A stretch of DNA of 60,000 nucleotides. It comes from Felis catus (Eukaryota). Positions 35,039-48,042 of this stretch are shown piece by piece. The stretch's first letter is position 1; each line of letters begins with the position of its first letter. A program made the position numbers and the translations under genes. Under the pieces are notes generated by a model. That model did no database searches. It saw only the letters and a list, made by a program, of their open reading frames with translations, and was not told the DNA's origin. Where the stretch lies: positions 18,788,001 to 18,848,000 of the forward strand of contig NC_058369.1 of assembly GCF_018350175.1 (NCBI RefSeq), given 5' to 3'.

Positions 35039-36259
35039 GCAAAAGTTTCTGAATTCAAAGCTGCCCACAAGCTCTATTTCACAGCTATCAATAAAAATAA
35101 ATGATTTTCCATTCCCCTAACTGATCAGCACCACTTCAATAAACACACACTTTTTTGCTTAGCTATCCACTTTCCACTCCTCCCTACCCCATGGAGTTTT
35201 CCCCAGACTCCATTCTCCCAAACAGGAGTTGGGTGCACACCTCTATGGCTCCTAAGGTACCTGTGCCAACTATCTCAGCCATACATCACTGTACCTTCAT
35301 CTACTTGTCTGTCACCACCACCAAACCATTCCCTTGTATCTCTAACTAGGGTCCAAAGCAGTACCTGGCACACAGGAAATGCTCAAAGATAGGTTTGTTG
35401 GAACGAATGAAGTGATTCCAGGAAGATGGCTGCAGGGAGTAAAAGCACCAAATGAAAACAGAAGGAGTCACACAGTGGTGGTGTTAAGTGGAGAAGCAGC
35501 TTGAAGGGCCTCTTCTCGAGGCTCCTGGAGGTGCCTACGGTGGCAGTGGACACAGCTTAGCACTGTCAATCAGCTCTTACCCTGGCTCAGTTGCTCACTG
35601 GGATTGCCCCCGTGGGGGACAGGGTACCCAGGAAGGTGCCGAACTTTCTATTCTGGGTCAGTGGGTGTCTGGGAAAGGAGAGGGAAGGACAGTGCCAAAT
35701 GCCCCGGAAGAGCTGGACTCAGAGATGCGTGCCCAGCTTTGCAACCCCCACAGGACAGAGAAGCACAAGGCCAACCTCCAGTCAGATCTAGACTTTTGAT
35801 CTTTTGTTTCCACATGATAGACACATAAAATTATAGTACTGTTTTTGTGTTTCAAATATTTTCTTAGAAGTAAACATGTAAAACATTCCATATTTCTATG
35901 GCTTTGTTTGGCATTTCTTTTTAAATAAACCTAGAACCTAAAAAACTAAAGTGCCCAGAACTCTCCAGCCCTCGCTTACAAAGTGTGGAGCTGTGGGCGA
36001 GTCCCTTAACTGCAAATTTCCTCATCTCTAATTTGAAGACATGCCCACCGCTAACCCTGTGGGATATTCTGATGCAGGTGAAGGGGCCTGGGCTAGCCCT
36101 GCCTACTTCTAGCCTTGGAAGTACTAGAAAGAGAAACAGCTCAGACTAAAAACAATCAGAGGTTGCTCCTGAAGTCTGGTGTCCACGAAGGCCCACTGTG
36201 AAAACCATGGAATGAGAATGCTGTAGATGATGACGTCTTTCTCCACTATTTCCTTACTA

Positions 36260-36741
36260 ACAGAATCCCAATCAGGTAGTCCACCTTCACGGGAATGTGA
36301 AACTGCATTCTAGTTAAGGGAGAATCTTGAACAGTAGTACTTCCTTCTGATCCTAAGAGACGGCTGATTTAGGAAAAGGGCATGTAACTTGTCTTCTAAC
36401 CACGAGACATGAGGGGAAGTTGGCCAGGGGGTCCTCTGGGAAAAGTTACCTTGCTCTTAAAGAACAAGAAGATGTCCCTTCACTTCCTCAAGATATTATT
36501 CTGTCTAGATGTGTATCTGAGACTACTGAAGCCAAGACACCTGGTGACCCTAAAAGATACTAGCCTAAAGACAAGGCCAACATGTTGAGCATGCAGCACA
36601 GAAGAATAGAAATCAGGGTCACTGATGTTGTCGCTAAAGTACTGGATATCTTGTTATGTAACAAAAATAAATTTCCCTTTATGCTTTTAGCCAATCTCAT
36701 TAGGGTTTTCTGCTACTTGTAGTCAAAACCATCCTAGATGA
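36260..36741 (+). mobile_element. MLT1-type (ERVL-MaLR) solo LTR, degenerate
   Basis: MLT1J/K-like motifs (gagacatgaggggaagt, aataaatttccc...ttttctgctacttgtagtcaaaaccatcct). Confidence 0.6.
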
Positions 36742-36923
36742 AGGGACAAAAAAAAAAAGCATCAAAATCCCCAGATCTCCAGGTAATACACTTTGCACAT
36801 TAAAGAAGTGTCTTCTGATAAGGAAACTTCCAACAACTGAAGAACAAGCCCTTCAGTGATGACAAAGGACAATCTTCCCAAGCTCCAAAAGGAAAAATGT
36901 AGCTTTATAATCTTTAAACTGTC

Positions 36924-37141
36924 AGGGGCGCCTGGGTGGCTCAGTCGGTTGAGTGTCTGACTTCGGCTCAGGTCATGATCTCTCAGGTCTGTGGGTTCGA
37001 GCCCCGCGTCGGGTTCTGTGCTGACAGCTAGGAGCCTGGAGCCTGCTTTGGATTCTGTATCTCCCTCTCTCTCTCTCTCTGCCCCTCCCCAACTCATGCT
37101 TGCTCTCTCTCTCTCTCTCTCTGTCAAAAATAAACAAATAT
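36924..37141 (+). mobile_element. CAN-SINE
   Basis: Perfect 20-bp TSD tttataatctttaaactgtc at 36904-36923 and 37142-37161. Confidence 0.92.
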
Positions 37142-37583
37142 TTTATAATCTTTAAACTGTCCCCAAAGGCAGACAATCTGAATTATGTCTGGTCTATTAG
37201 GGCTGGCACCAAAATATTAAAAGAGAATCTGCCAAACACAAAATCCATTCTCTCATAAGTAGTAAGGAATCTACCCAAATAACCAAAATTAGCTTAGAAC
37301 AGGCAAACCATAAAAGAAATTTATATTCCTGCCACGTCAGGACCTTAATTGATCATTATTTTTCACAAACACATCTAAATACAATGGAGCCAATAAATCC
37401 TATTTTTCAGAGTATAATTAATCCTCAAAGATTTTCCAGGCCATCTTCTGCAAAATCAATGATCTGATTTCAAGTAGTTTATGCCATTCAAAGTGTCAAC
37501 AGCTTCTATCTTTTCTAGACTTAAATAAGGAACTACTAGTATGAAGAAAAATGTGTAAATTCCTTAAAAGCTACACAGTATCT

Positions 37584-38033
37584 GGGGCGCCTGGGTGGCT
37601 CACTCAGTTAAGCATCTGACTCAATTTTGGCTCAGGCCATGATCTCATGATCAAGTTCCATGTCAGGCTCTGCCCCGACAATGCGGAGCCTGCTTGGTAT
37701 TCTCTCACTCTCTCTCTCTCTCTCTGCCCCTCCCCTGCTTGTGCTCTTTCTCTCAATATAAATAAATAAACATTAAAAAAATAATAATAAAGGAAAAAAT
37801 AAAAGCTGCAAAATATCAAAAACATGTCATGGGGCTCCTGTGTGGTTCAGTCAATTAAATGTCCGACTTCCACTCAGGTCATGATCTCACAGTTTGTGAG
37901 TTCAAGCCCCACACTGGGCTCTCTGCTGTCAGCATGGAGCCTGCTTTGGATGCTCGCTCTCTCTCCATCCTCAACTGCCTCGCTCTCTCCCTTAAATATA
38001 AACATTAAAAAAAAATTACTAAAAAAAAAAAAG
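37584..38033 (+). mobile_element. Two tandem CAN-SINEs (about 37584-37800 and 37830-38033)
   Basis: SINE heads, CT linkers and A tails. Confidence 0.85.
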
Positions 38034-38394
38034 TCATAAAGCCCAAATCAGGGTTTCATTGCCCTGGGTTAAACTAACAACAACCAACAAAAAACAAAAA
38101 CAAAAAAACAAAACAAAAACAAAAACAAAAAAACACCCATCAGTATATGTGTTGTTTTTTTTGTTCTGTAAACAACTCCAAAGGTTTCCCTGGGGGAAAC
38201 TATAAATGATATGCTTTTTCCCATGTGGCAACACATGGAGGTTCTCTATTTGGTTTATAATACAACAGTGTTTCCTATGCACCTGATCTGAAATTAATAT
38301 CATTCAAGTATACAATGCACAAAAAAATTGGGGGCTATGACAATGGGAACAGAATGACTATGACTATATCATATATCATATCACATCATATCAT

Positions 38395-39880
38395 GTGAGA
38401 GAGACCGCACGCACACACATGTGAACACAGGAGAGGGGCAGAGGGAGAGAGAGAATTTTAAGCAGGTTCCATGCTCAGCATGGAGCCTGACACAGGGCTT
38501 GATCCCATGATCATTACCTAAGGTGAAATCAAGAGCTGGATGCTCAATCAACTAAGCCACCCAGGTGCCTCAGAATGATTTATAAAATGTTAATTCCAGT
38601 GGTTAATATACAGTGTTATATTAGTTTCAGGTGTCCAATACAGCGATTCAACAATTCCATACATTATTCAGTGTTTACTGTGGTGTTTTTTTAACTTTTT
38701 TTTTTAAGTTTATTTATTTTGAGAGAGAGAGAGAGCATGCGCATGCTAGTGGGGGGCATGGGGGGAAGGGGGGGGAGGGAGGGAGAGGGAGGGAGAGAAA
38801 GAAAATATGCTGAGCAAGCTCTGCACTGTCAGCGCAGAGCTCAATGTGGGGCTCAAACCCATGAACCTGAGATCATGACTTGAGCCGAAGTCAGATGCTT
38901 AACCAACTAAGCCACCAAGGCGCCCCATGATAAGTGTATATTCTTAATCCCCTTCACCTATTTCACCCATTTCCCCCCTGGTAAACATCTGTTTGTTCTC
39001 TACAGTTAAAAGTGTTTTGGTTTGTCCCTTTTTGTTGGTGTTCATCTTATTTATTTTTTATTATTTTTTAATGTTTATTTATTTTTGAGAGATAGAGAAA
39101 GTGTGAGCAGGGGAGGGACAGAGAGAGAGGGAGACACAGAATCTGAAGCAGGTTCCCAGCTATGAGCCATCAGCAGAGCCCGACACAAGGCTCCAACTCC
39201 AAACCATGAGATCACAACCTGAGCTGAAGTTGGATGCTACATTGACTGAGCCACCCAGGTGCCCTGAGTTTGTTCGTTTTATGTATTAAATTCCACGTAT
39301 GAGTAAAATCATACAGTATTTGTCTTCCTCTGACTGGCTTATTTCACATAGCATTATACTCTCCAGATCCATCCATGTTGTTGCAAATGTCAAGATTTCA
39401 TTCTTGTTTATGACTCAATAATATTCCATTGTGTATATATACATCTTTATTTTTTTCTCTTTTCCTTATTTTTTTTAAATATATGAAATTTATTGTCAAA
39501 TTGGTTTCCATACAACACCCAGTGCTCATCCCAGAAGATGCCCTCTTCAATACCCATCACCCACCCTCCCCTCCCTCCCACCCCCCATCAGCCCTCAGTT
39601 TGTTCTCATTTTTTAAGAGTCTCTTATGCTTTGGCTCTCTCCCACTCTAACCTCTTTTTTTTTTTTTCCCCTTCCCCTCCCCCATGGGTTCCTGTTAAGT
39701 TTCTCAGGATCCACACAAGAGTGAAAACTTATGTATATACCACATCTTTATTCCTTCATTTATCAATGGACACTTGGGCTGCTTCCATAATTTGGTGTTG
39801 TAAATATGCTGCAGTAAACATAGGGGTGCACGTATCTCTTCGAATTAGTGTTTTCATATTCTTTGGGTAAATACCTATGG
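38395..39880 (-). mobile_element. Carnivore L1 3' fragments interleaved with CAN-SINEs (about 38395-38570, 38695-38926, 39060-39265) and a second L1 3' end (about 39470-39730)
   Basis: L1 3' UTR motifs (cttatttcacatagcattatactctccagatccatccatgttgttgcaaat; catacaacacccagtgctcatc) and SINE bodies. Confidence 0.78.
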
Positions 39881-40195
39881 AATGATCTTTAGATTGAAAC
39901 TAATAAAAAATATTTGTTTAAAAAAAAAAGAACAACTAGGGGCATCCGGCTGGCTCATTCAGTGGAGCATATGACTACTGATCTAGGGGTTGTGAGTTCA
40001 AGCCCCACACTGGGTGTAGAGATTGCCTAAAAAAAATAAAATCTTTTAAAAATTAAAATTAAAAAAAGAACAACTAGATAATCCCTTCCTTGCAAATGTC
40101 ACAGAACTCATTTAGGAGGAGAAAAAGTTTAGATATAATAATCTGAACATTATAAAGACCTCAGAGGTCTATCCACTGAAATACATTAGGATTTG

Positions 40196-40418
40196 GGGGC
40201 GCCTGGGTGGCGCAGTCGGTTAAGCGTCCGACTTCAGCCAGGTCACGATCTCGCGGTCCGTGAGTTCGAGCCCCGTGTCAGGCTCTGGGCTGATGGCTTG
40301 GAGCCCGGAGCCTGTTTCCGATTCTGTGTCTCCCTCTCTCTCTGCCCCTCCCCCGTTCATGCTCTGTCTCTCTCTGTCCCAAAAATAAAATAAAAAAAAA
40401 CGTTGAAAAAAAATAAAA
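40196..40418 (+). mobile_element. Young SINEC_Fc-type element (a short SINE also lies at about 39938-40065)
   Basis: ggggcgcctgggtggcgcagtcggttaagcgtccgacttcagccaggtcacgatctcgcgg... Confidence 0.92.
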
Positions 40419-40564
40419 TGGTTAAAATTTTGTCAGTTTATGAATGGACTGCTCCCCCAGAGGTCAAGGGGTTCCACTGCTCTACCTATGAGTTTGTGTA
40501 CCACCAGCTACTGTGCACCAGTCTGTTTGTTTGTCCTTCATTTGCTTTAAGACACTTTGGTTTC

Positions 40565-41205
40565 TGGGAATGCAAGCTGGTGCAGCCACTCTGGAAAACA
40601 GTATGGAGGTTCCTCAAAAAACTAAAAATAGAACTACCCTACGACCCAACAATTGCACTACTAGGCATTTATCCACGGGATACAGATGTGCTGTTTTGAA
40701 GGGACACATGCATCCCCATGTTTATAGCAGCACTATCAACAATAGCCAAAGTATGGAAAGAGCCCAAATGTCCATCGATGGATGAATGGATAAAGAAGAT
40801 GTGGTATATATATACAATGGAGTTATTACTTGGCAATCAACAAGAATGAAATCTCGCCATTTACAACTACGTGGATGGAACTGGAGGGTATTATGCTTAA
40901 GTGAAATTAAAGAAAGACAAAAATCATATGACTTCACTCATATGAGGATTTTAAGAGACAAAACAGATGAACATAAGGGAAGGGAAACAAAAATAATATA
41001 AAAACAGGGAGGGGGACAAAACAGAAAAGACTCTTGAATATGGAGAACAAACAGAGGGTTACTGGAGGGGTTGTGGGAGGGGGATGGGCTAAATGAGTAA
41101 GGGGCACTAAGGAATCTACTCCTGAAATCACTGTTGCACTATATGCTAACTAATTTGGATGTAAATTTTAAAAAATAAAAAAATTAAATTAAAAAAATTT
41201 TTAAA
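40565..41205 (+). mobile_element. 5'-truncated, relatively young feliform L1 (end of ORF2 plus 3' UTR)
   Basis: Encodes [37 protein letters not shown] (L1 ORF2 C-terminus); A-rich tail; TSD aagacac(tt/cc)tggtttc at 40549-40564 and 41206-41221. Confidence 0.9.
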
Positions 41206-41259
41206 AAGACACCCTGGTTTCACATTTTACTGCATAAAATACGAAGGATCATATTCTTC

Positions 41260-42550
41260 TTTTAATGTTTATTCATTTTTGAGAGAGAGAGAGTGCGTGT
41301 GTAAGCAGGGGAGGGGCAGCAAGAGAGGAGGACAGAGGATCCCAAGCAGGCTCTGCACTGACAGCAGAGAGCCCAATCTGGAGCTCAAACTCACAAACCA
41401 CATGATCATGACCTGAGCCGAAGTTGGACACTTAACCAACTGAGCCACCCAGGCGCCCTGGGGAGGAGGATATTCTTTTATTTATTTTTAAAATTTTTGT
41501 AATGTTTATTTATTTTTGAGATTAAGAGAGAGACAGAGCATGAGCGAGGAAGAGGCAAAGAGAGAAAGAGACACAGAATCTGAAGCAGGCTTTAGGCTGT
41601 GAGCTATCAGCACAGAGCCCGACACAGGGCCCGACACAGGGCCTGAACCAACAGACTGTGAGATCATGATCTGAGCCGAAGTCGGACGCTCAACCGACTG
41701 AGCCACCCAGGCGCCCCTAAGGATATTTTTAAAAAGAACTTGCTGAGACTGACTTTTTTTTTCCACTTGTGGACAGTAACAAACGGAAATAAATGTACAC
41801 TGCAAAGATACTAATTACAATAGTTAGGTCTACCTTCTGGGTATAGAAACTAACTCCTTAAACACATAATTGAACTTCAAAATTAATTACATCTCTCTTC
41901 AAGTAAAATAAATTACAAGAGTACAAGTAAATGTACTCTTCAAGTACAATAAATGCTGCTAAAATTTGTATAATTATTGTTTTTCTTTAAAAAAAATTTT
42001 TTTTAACGTTTATTTTTGAGACAGAGAGAGACAGAGCATGAACGAGGGAGGATCAGAGAGAGAGGGAGACACAGAATCCGAAACAGACTCCAGGCTCTGA
42101 GCTGTCAGCATAGAGCCCAACGCGGGGCTTGAACCCACGAATCGTGAGATCATGACCTGAGCCGAAGCCGGACGCTTAACCGACTGAGCCACCCAGGCGC
42201 ACGTTGTTTTCCTTTTTTAAAGCAAAAGCACTTAGTGATGTGAAATGACTGTCAGATTTATTATAGTTTATAAATAAATAGGATACTTAATTTTATTAAA
42301 AAATTAAAATGGATAAACTGTGGTATATTCATTTTTTCTTAAATTTATTTATTTTGTGGGGGTGGGGGGAGGGAGTGCGTGAGCCTGCGAGCAGAAGAGG
42401 GGGAGAGAGAGAGAAGAGAGAGACTCCAAGCAGGCTCCACACTGTCAGCGCAGAGCCTAATGCGGGGCTTGATCTCAGGAACTGTGAGATCATGACCTGA
42501 GCAGAAACCAAGAGTCAGACACTTAACCTACTGAGCCACCCAGGAGCCCC
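41260..42550 (-). mobile_element. Four CAN-SINEs (about 41260-41458, 41490-41717, 41995-42200, 42330-42550)
   Basis: SINE bodies; the second has an internal tandem duplication of cccgacacaggg. Confidence 0.85.
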
Positions 42551-43457
42551 TGTGGAATATTCATTTGATGGATTACTACATAGAAGTGAAAAAGAACCAA
42601 CTACTGCCATATACAACACAGATGAATCTCACAGGTGTGATGTAGCAAGAGAAAAGTCTAGACTCTAAAGAGACTGTGGGGTGTGATTCTACTCCCACAA
42701 AATTCAGAATGATAATGGAGACCACAATAGTGGTTACTCTGGGAAAATACTAATTGAAAAGGGGCACAAAGATGAAGTGACACTGTTGAATACTGTTGAG
42801 GTGAGCTCTGTACTTGGATTTGTAAACTTTACTGTATGTTAGAGGTTAATTACAAGGAAAAAAACCAATAGTGTTCCCCTGTACCAACAAAAAACAAATC
42901 AGAAAATAAAAACTGTTTAAATACATCCCATTCAAAACAGCAACCAAAACTATAAATTACTTACAAACCTTTAAAAATTATGTCAGACCAGTAATAAAGC
43001 TTTACTGAAGGACTTAAAAATTAAGAGACACAATATAAGCACCATTTCTGTTTTAAATCAACAACACAGCAACCCTAGAAAGTGGCAATGAATAAAAAGC
43101 CCTGGCCAAGAAAGAGAAATTGCGATCAGATACGGTGGTGAACAAGGTCAGGACTATTTTAAGAAGTAGTAAGACACTGTCTCCACAGCACAGCAGTACC
43201 TGGTCACCAAGTCCCTTAGCTGGGCCAGCACATTCAAAGATGCAGATCAGCAGACATGCTCTCTAAGAAGCTTGGTTAGAATTTCAAATTCTATGGACAA
43301 CATATATTTCTAACTTCAGATTAAGCACTTGGGTTTGATATGTAATCTTTTTGTAAGGAGAAGCATACTTGATGCCTTCAGACTGCATAGGTGTATTTGC
43401 AGATTTCCTCAAAACTGGTTTATAAATTCAATTATTTCTACTACCTCTTCTAAAATT

Positions 43458-44260
43458 TGGGGTGCTTAGCTGGCTCAGTTGGTAGAGAATCCAACTCTTG
43501 GTCTTGGGGTCATTGAGTTCAAGCCCCACATTGGGCATGGAGCCTACTTTAAAAAGTAAAATTAAAAAACAAACAACAAAAAACCCTAGGGGCGGTGAGT
43601 GGCTCAGTCAGTTAAGAGTCCTCTCCCGCTTGCGTGCTCTCTCTCAGAATAAATATAAACTTAAAAAAAAAAACAACTAAATTTAAACAGATCCACTTAA
43701 GCACTAAAAGGATGATGACAAAATATGATGCCCTTAAAAAATAGTACGAAATGTTTAGTTTTTTAAAAATTAAACTTGTGGGGCACCTGGGTGGTTTAGT
43801 CAGTTAAGTGTCTGACTTCGGCTCAGGTCATGATCTTGTGGTTTGTGGGTTTGAGCCCCACGTTGGGCTCTGCACTGACAGCTCAGAGCCTGGAGCCTGC
43901 TTCAGATTCTGTCTCCCTCTCTCTCTGACCCTCCCCTGCTTGTGCTTGTGCTCCCTCTCTCTCTCTCTGTTAAAAATTTTAAAAAAAATTAAAAATTTAA
44001 TTAAAAAACAAATTTTTTATTAAAAAAAATAAAATTAAACTTATTAAGAGGCACCTGGGTGGCTCAGTTGGTTGATCATCTAACTCTTGATTTTGGCTAA
44101 GGTCATGATTCCATGTTTGTGAGATCAAGCCCTGGGGCTCTGTGCTGACAGCAGGGAGCCTGCTTGGGATTTCCTCTCTCCCTCTCTCTGTCTGCCCCTC
44201 CCCTGCTCACACAAATGTGAGCATGCTCTCTGTCAAAATAAACAAGCAAACTTAAAAAAC
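43458..44260 (+). mobile_element. CAN-SINE cluster (about 43458-43565 short, 43588-43675 deleted, 43779-44030, 44048-44260)
   Basis: SINE heads and tails. Confidence 0.82.
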
Positions 44261-47114
44261 AATTAAACTTGTTAACTCAGGAATGCTAAAAAAATTATGG
44301 CAATACTGTACCTTTGGTTTACTTTTTACTGTCTGATACAATCCAAGTGATGAAAAAATAGCAAAATCATTCTTAATTGAAAAGAACACAGTGCACTGAG
44401 AACTCACTCCAACAGAAACAAACACACAAAGCCTGGGTTACATAGCTCTGGACTTTAATTTCTAACCAATTTCAGAAATTAAAAAAAAATTGATATGGAC
44501 TGTGACAGGAAAAGATACCAAAATACCCTCAAATTCATAGATGAAAAAACTAAAGCAGAAAACTAACGTGAAAGCATATCTGTTCTCTAAAGCACATAAC
44601 CAAGGGAACCTACTGTTTTCTTAAATTCAAGTCCATTCTTGCTTTTACATATGATAGTGGGCACTGATACAGATTAGGTCATTTGTGAGAGAGTGACAAC
44701 AATTCTGCTTCCCCTGACCCCCTCGGGATTGTTTTAAGCACATGCTCACAAACCTCTCCTTTGAGGAGGAAGAAAACAAGGAATGCTATGAAGGTATGTA
44801 GGGCTGCCAATCTGAGCCTGCCCTACCCATCTAACCAGGGACTGGCATATCACCTAGAAACCAGAAATTGTACAGGGGCCTGGGGCCTAGAGCAATCTGG
44901 GAGATTTGAAATAAGAAAGAAAAAAGGCTTGAAGGTATCTGTTTTGTTGTTTGTCCTCAGAGAAGAGATGAATGATTCTTTAGACTTTTGGGTCCTATCC
45001 CAGGAGCAAGGGACACAGTGGCATACTCCTGAGGACACCAGGCTGAGAGCAAACAGGGAGCAAGGAGAAAAGGAAACTTGGCAGGAGGCCTAAAATGTGC
45101 CAGCCCATCAAGAAACAGCCAGAACAGAATTAATGTAGGACAAAGACAGAATCCCCTTTCCTGTTTTTACTGGATTTTAAAGATTAGAAACCCATGCTTC
45201 CTGAGATATATAGATATGTAAGTTTAGTAAAGATCCTTTTGAAAGTGTCTCAACTGTGCTAAAAAGAGGGGAAAAGGAGGTTTGAGGACAGAATTTTATG
45301 AATACAGGTCCGAAGTGGCAAAGGGGAAATCAAAATGAGAAAACACTAAAAGAAAGGAGAAAGAAAGGTGCCCCATACTTCTTACCTGAAACCCTGTCTG
45401 TTCACAATTTGTATGGGGTTATTCTTTAACAAGAAATTACAGAAATACCTCTGCTGTGACTAAATAGTTAAGGTGAGCCATACCTAAACCAGGTAAATCT
45501 CTGCCTGGCACATTTACAAGTGAATCTAACCATGGTGAAGCCTAGAAGGCACATATATAGGACAACAGGAGAAATGATTCTCAAACAAACAAACCCACAA
45601 AACACTGAAAATGAGACTGTCTGAAACGCTAAAATATGAAATGAGGAGCTTCCTAGACACATACTACTGATCTCACTGAAGACCCAAAGCTAAAGAGAGC
45701 AGCTTCTGCACAACTGAAAAAAAGATGCAGAGGGACAGTACCATGCTTGTTCTCACAACCAAGGTTTTGGATGGGGCTGCTAACTCTAGTTCCTTTTCTT
45801 CACACCTCCATCCTACTGTAGCTCAATTGAAAGAGAAGCTGAACACAGTGGGGGCAAGCTGACAAGACTGAGGCAGAGGTGATCTGAGGTGACTGGGAAA
45901 CTGATGTAGACACCTCTCTACTTGGGATTTCCCTTCACTATAACATCTTTTGAACAAAATCTGCTCTGTTGCAGAACAGAAACCAAAGAACAATATTTGT
46001 CACTCACCAGAATTTCAATTAGCTGTAACTGGGTTTGTAACTGGAAGTCACTCCAAGTACAATTCTGCTACCTTGTACTAGGGATATTCACACGTGTCCT
46101 GCTATTAAAGAGGTAAAAAGTAGAAATAAAATCTCCTACACCTAGGAGAAATGAACCCAAAGCTCCAGTTACAACATTGAGCTTTTGAGATTACTTGGGG
46201 ACCTCATTTAGAACCACTGCCATTAAAAATGATTACCAGCTTCAAACAAGAAAAGTCTCCCAAGTAAATAGTCTCCAGAGTAAGGAATTATGCAACCATG
46301 AAATAGCTCTTGTCTTTCCTGTGATGTCTCCATGATACCACAAAACTGTTACAACTCCAAAGGAGTTTTAAATCACTGAATTCTGAACTATTTTAAAAGA
46401 TGCACCAAGAAGCAACATACACCTAAACATCAGATATGGCTACACCTCAGAGGACTCTTCATTTGGCCGTGACATCACACACTTAAACATTTTGATGCTA
46501 CACTACTCTGCAGATTATTGGAAAATACAATCAAGACCAGATCACTCAGACATGGACAATGGGCTGTATTCAGCTACTATTGGATATGATGAAGTGTCCA
46601 CCACAAAACAGAACTCCACTGAGCTTTGTTTGCTCTTTGGGAATAATCTGCTGCTACATATGTCCCACACAGGGGTTGAGACCAACTCAAGTTATCTCCT
46701 CCAAAGACTATGTTCTTGGTATCCTATGTTCCTGCCTCTGGTGAGACATTTCTTCCTCAAGGCCAACAGTGTAATTCCTTATACACTCACACAGTCAGAA
46801 AATAATACAAGGAGATTTCAGGGCACAAACTTGACAGACAGCCCTCCATTTAAAGCCACATACCACTGGGGGCAACACAATGACATATCTCAACATCCAT
46901 CGGGTATATAAAGACTTTATTAGCAGGTACCTAGAAGCAGATGAGCAACATGCAAAGTGAGTGTGGGGAAAACCTGTGAACAGAGGAGGTAAATGACCTG
47001 TTTAATGCCTCACAAAATGCAAGAGTTTGACAGTTTCAAGCGGACTTCAGGAAGACTACATTCTGTCTCCTACCCTCCAGTGAAACACTAGAATTACTAC
47101 TTTTAAACACTTTT

Positions 47115-47680
47115 AATTTTTTTTTAATGTTTATTTATTTTTGACAGAGAGAGACAGAGCATGAGCGGGGGAGGGGCAGAGAGAGAGGGAGACACAGAAT
47201 CTGAAGCAGGCTCTAGGCTCTGAGCTGTCAGCACAGAGCCCGGCATGGGGCTCAAACTCACAGACCGCAAGATCATGACCTGAGCCAAAGTCAGATGCTC
47301 AACCAACTGAGCCACCCAGGCGCCCCACTTTTAAACATTAGAAAATACTTCTATCAACCTCACAGACAACCCATAGTTCCAAATAGATGGGGACCAACTT
47401 TCAACCACACAAGCCCAACAATAACCTCCCAAATTAAACAAGTGTAGAGAAACCTCCAAAGAGACACCATTCCGGGGCAGGTGGTGGCGCAGTCGGTTAA
47501 GCATCTGCCTCTTGATTTCAGTTCAGGCCTTGATCTCATAGTTTGTGAGTTCAAGCCCTGCTTGGGATTCTGTCTCTCCCTCTCTCTGACCCTCCCCCAC
47601 TCATGCTTGCTCTCCCTCAAAATAAATAAACTTTAAAAAGAAAGAAAGAAAAGAAAAGAAAAGAGAAAGAGAAAGAAAGA
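47115..47680. mobile_element. CAN-SINE at about 47115-47326 (-, TSD acttttaaaca) and CAN-SINE at about 47473-47680 (+) with an (AAAG)n tail
   Basis: SINE bodies and TSD. Confidence 0.85.
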
Positions 47681-48042
47681 TCATTCCATAAGACTGGGTT
47701 CCAAATCTGTCTACTCTCTCAGCTTCTTTTCCTGACCTTCAAGTGACATAAGGAACTGAAGAGCCTGAACGTGTGAAGCTCTCAAGATTCTGGGAATCGG
47801 GACTATGTAAAAAAGATAATGGAACTCAACCTGGAAGCAAGCATCAATCTCATGATTAACAAGTTGTGCACCTGACAATGTACCAATTCAACTATTTTCT
47901 CTGTCAAGAACTTAAGACTATCTGTCCTGGGTATTTTTTAGGGTGAGGTAATATACGAGAAAACATTTTAGAAGTACACACAATATTGATGCAGCTAAAA
48001 CCAATGCTAAAATTTTTAATATTTTAAGGTATCAGAAATATA

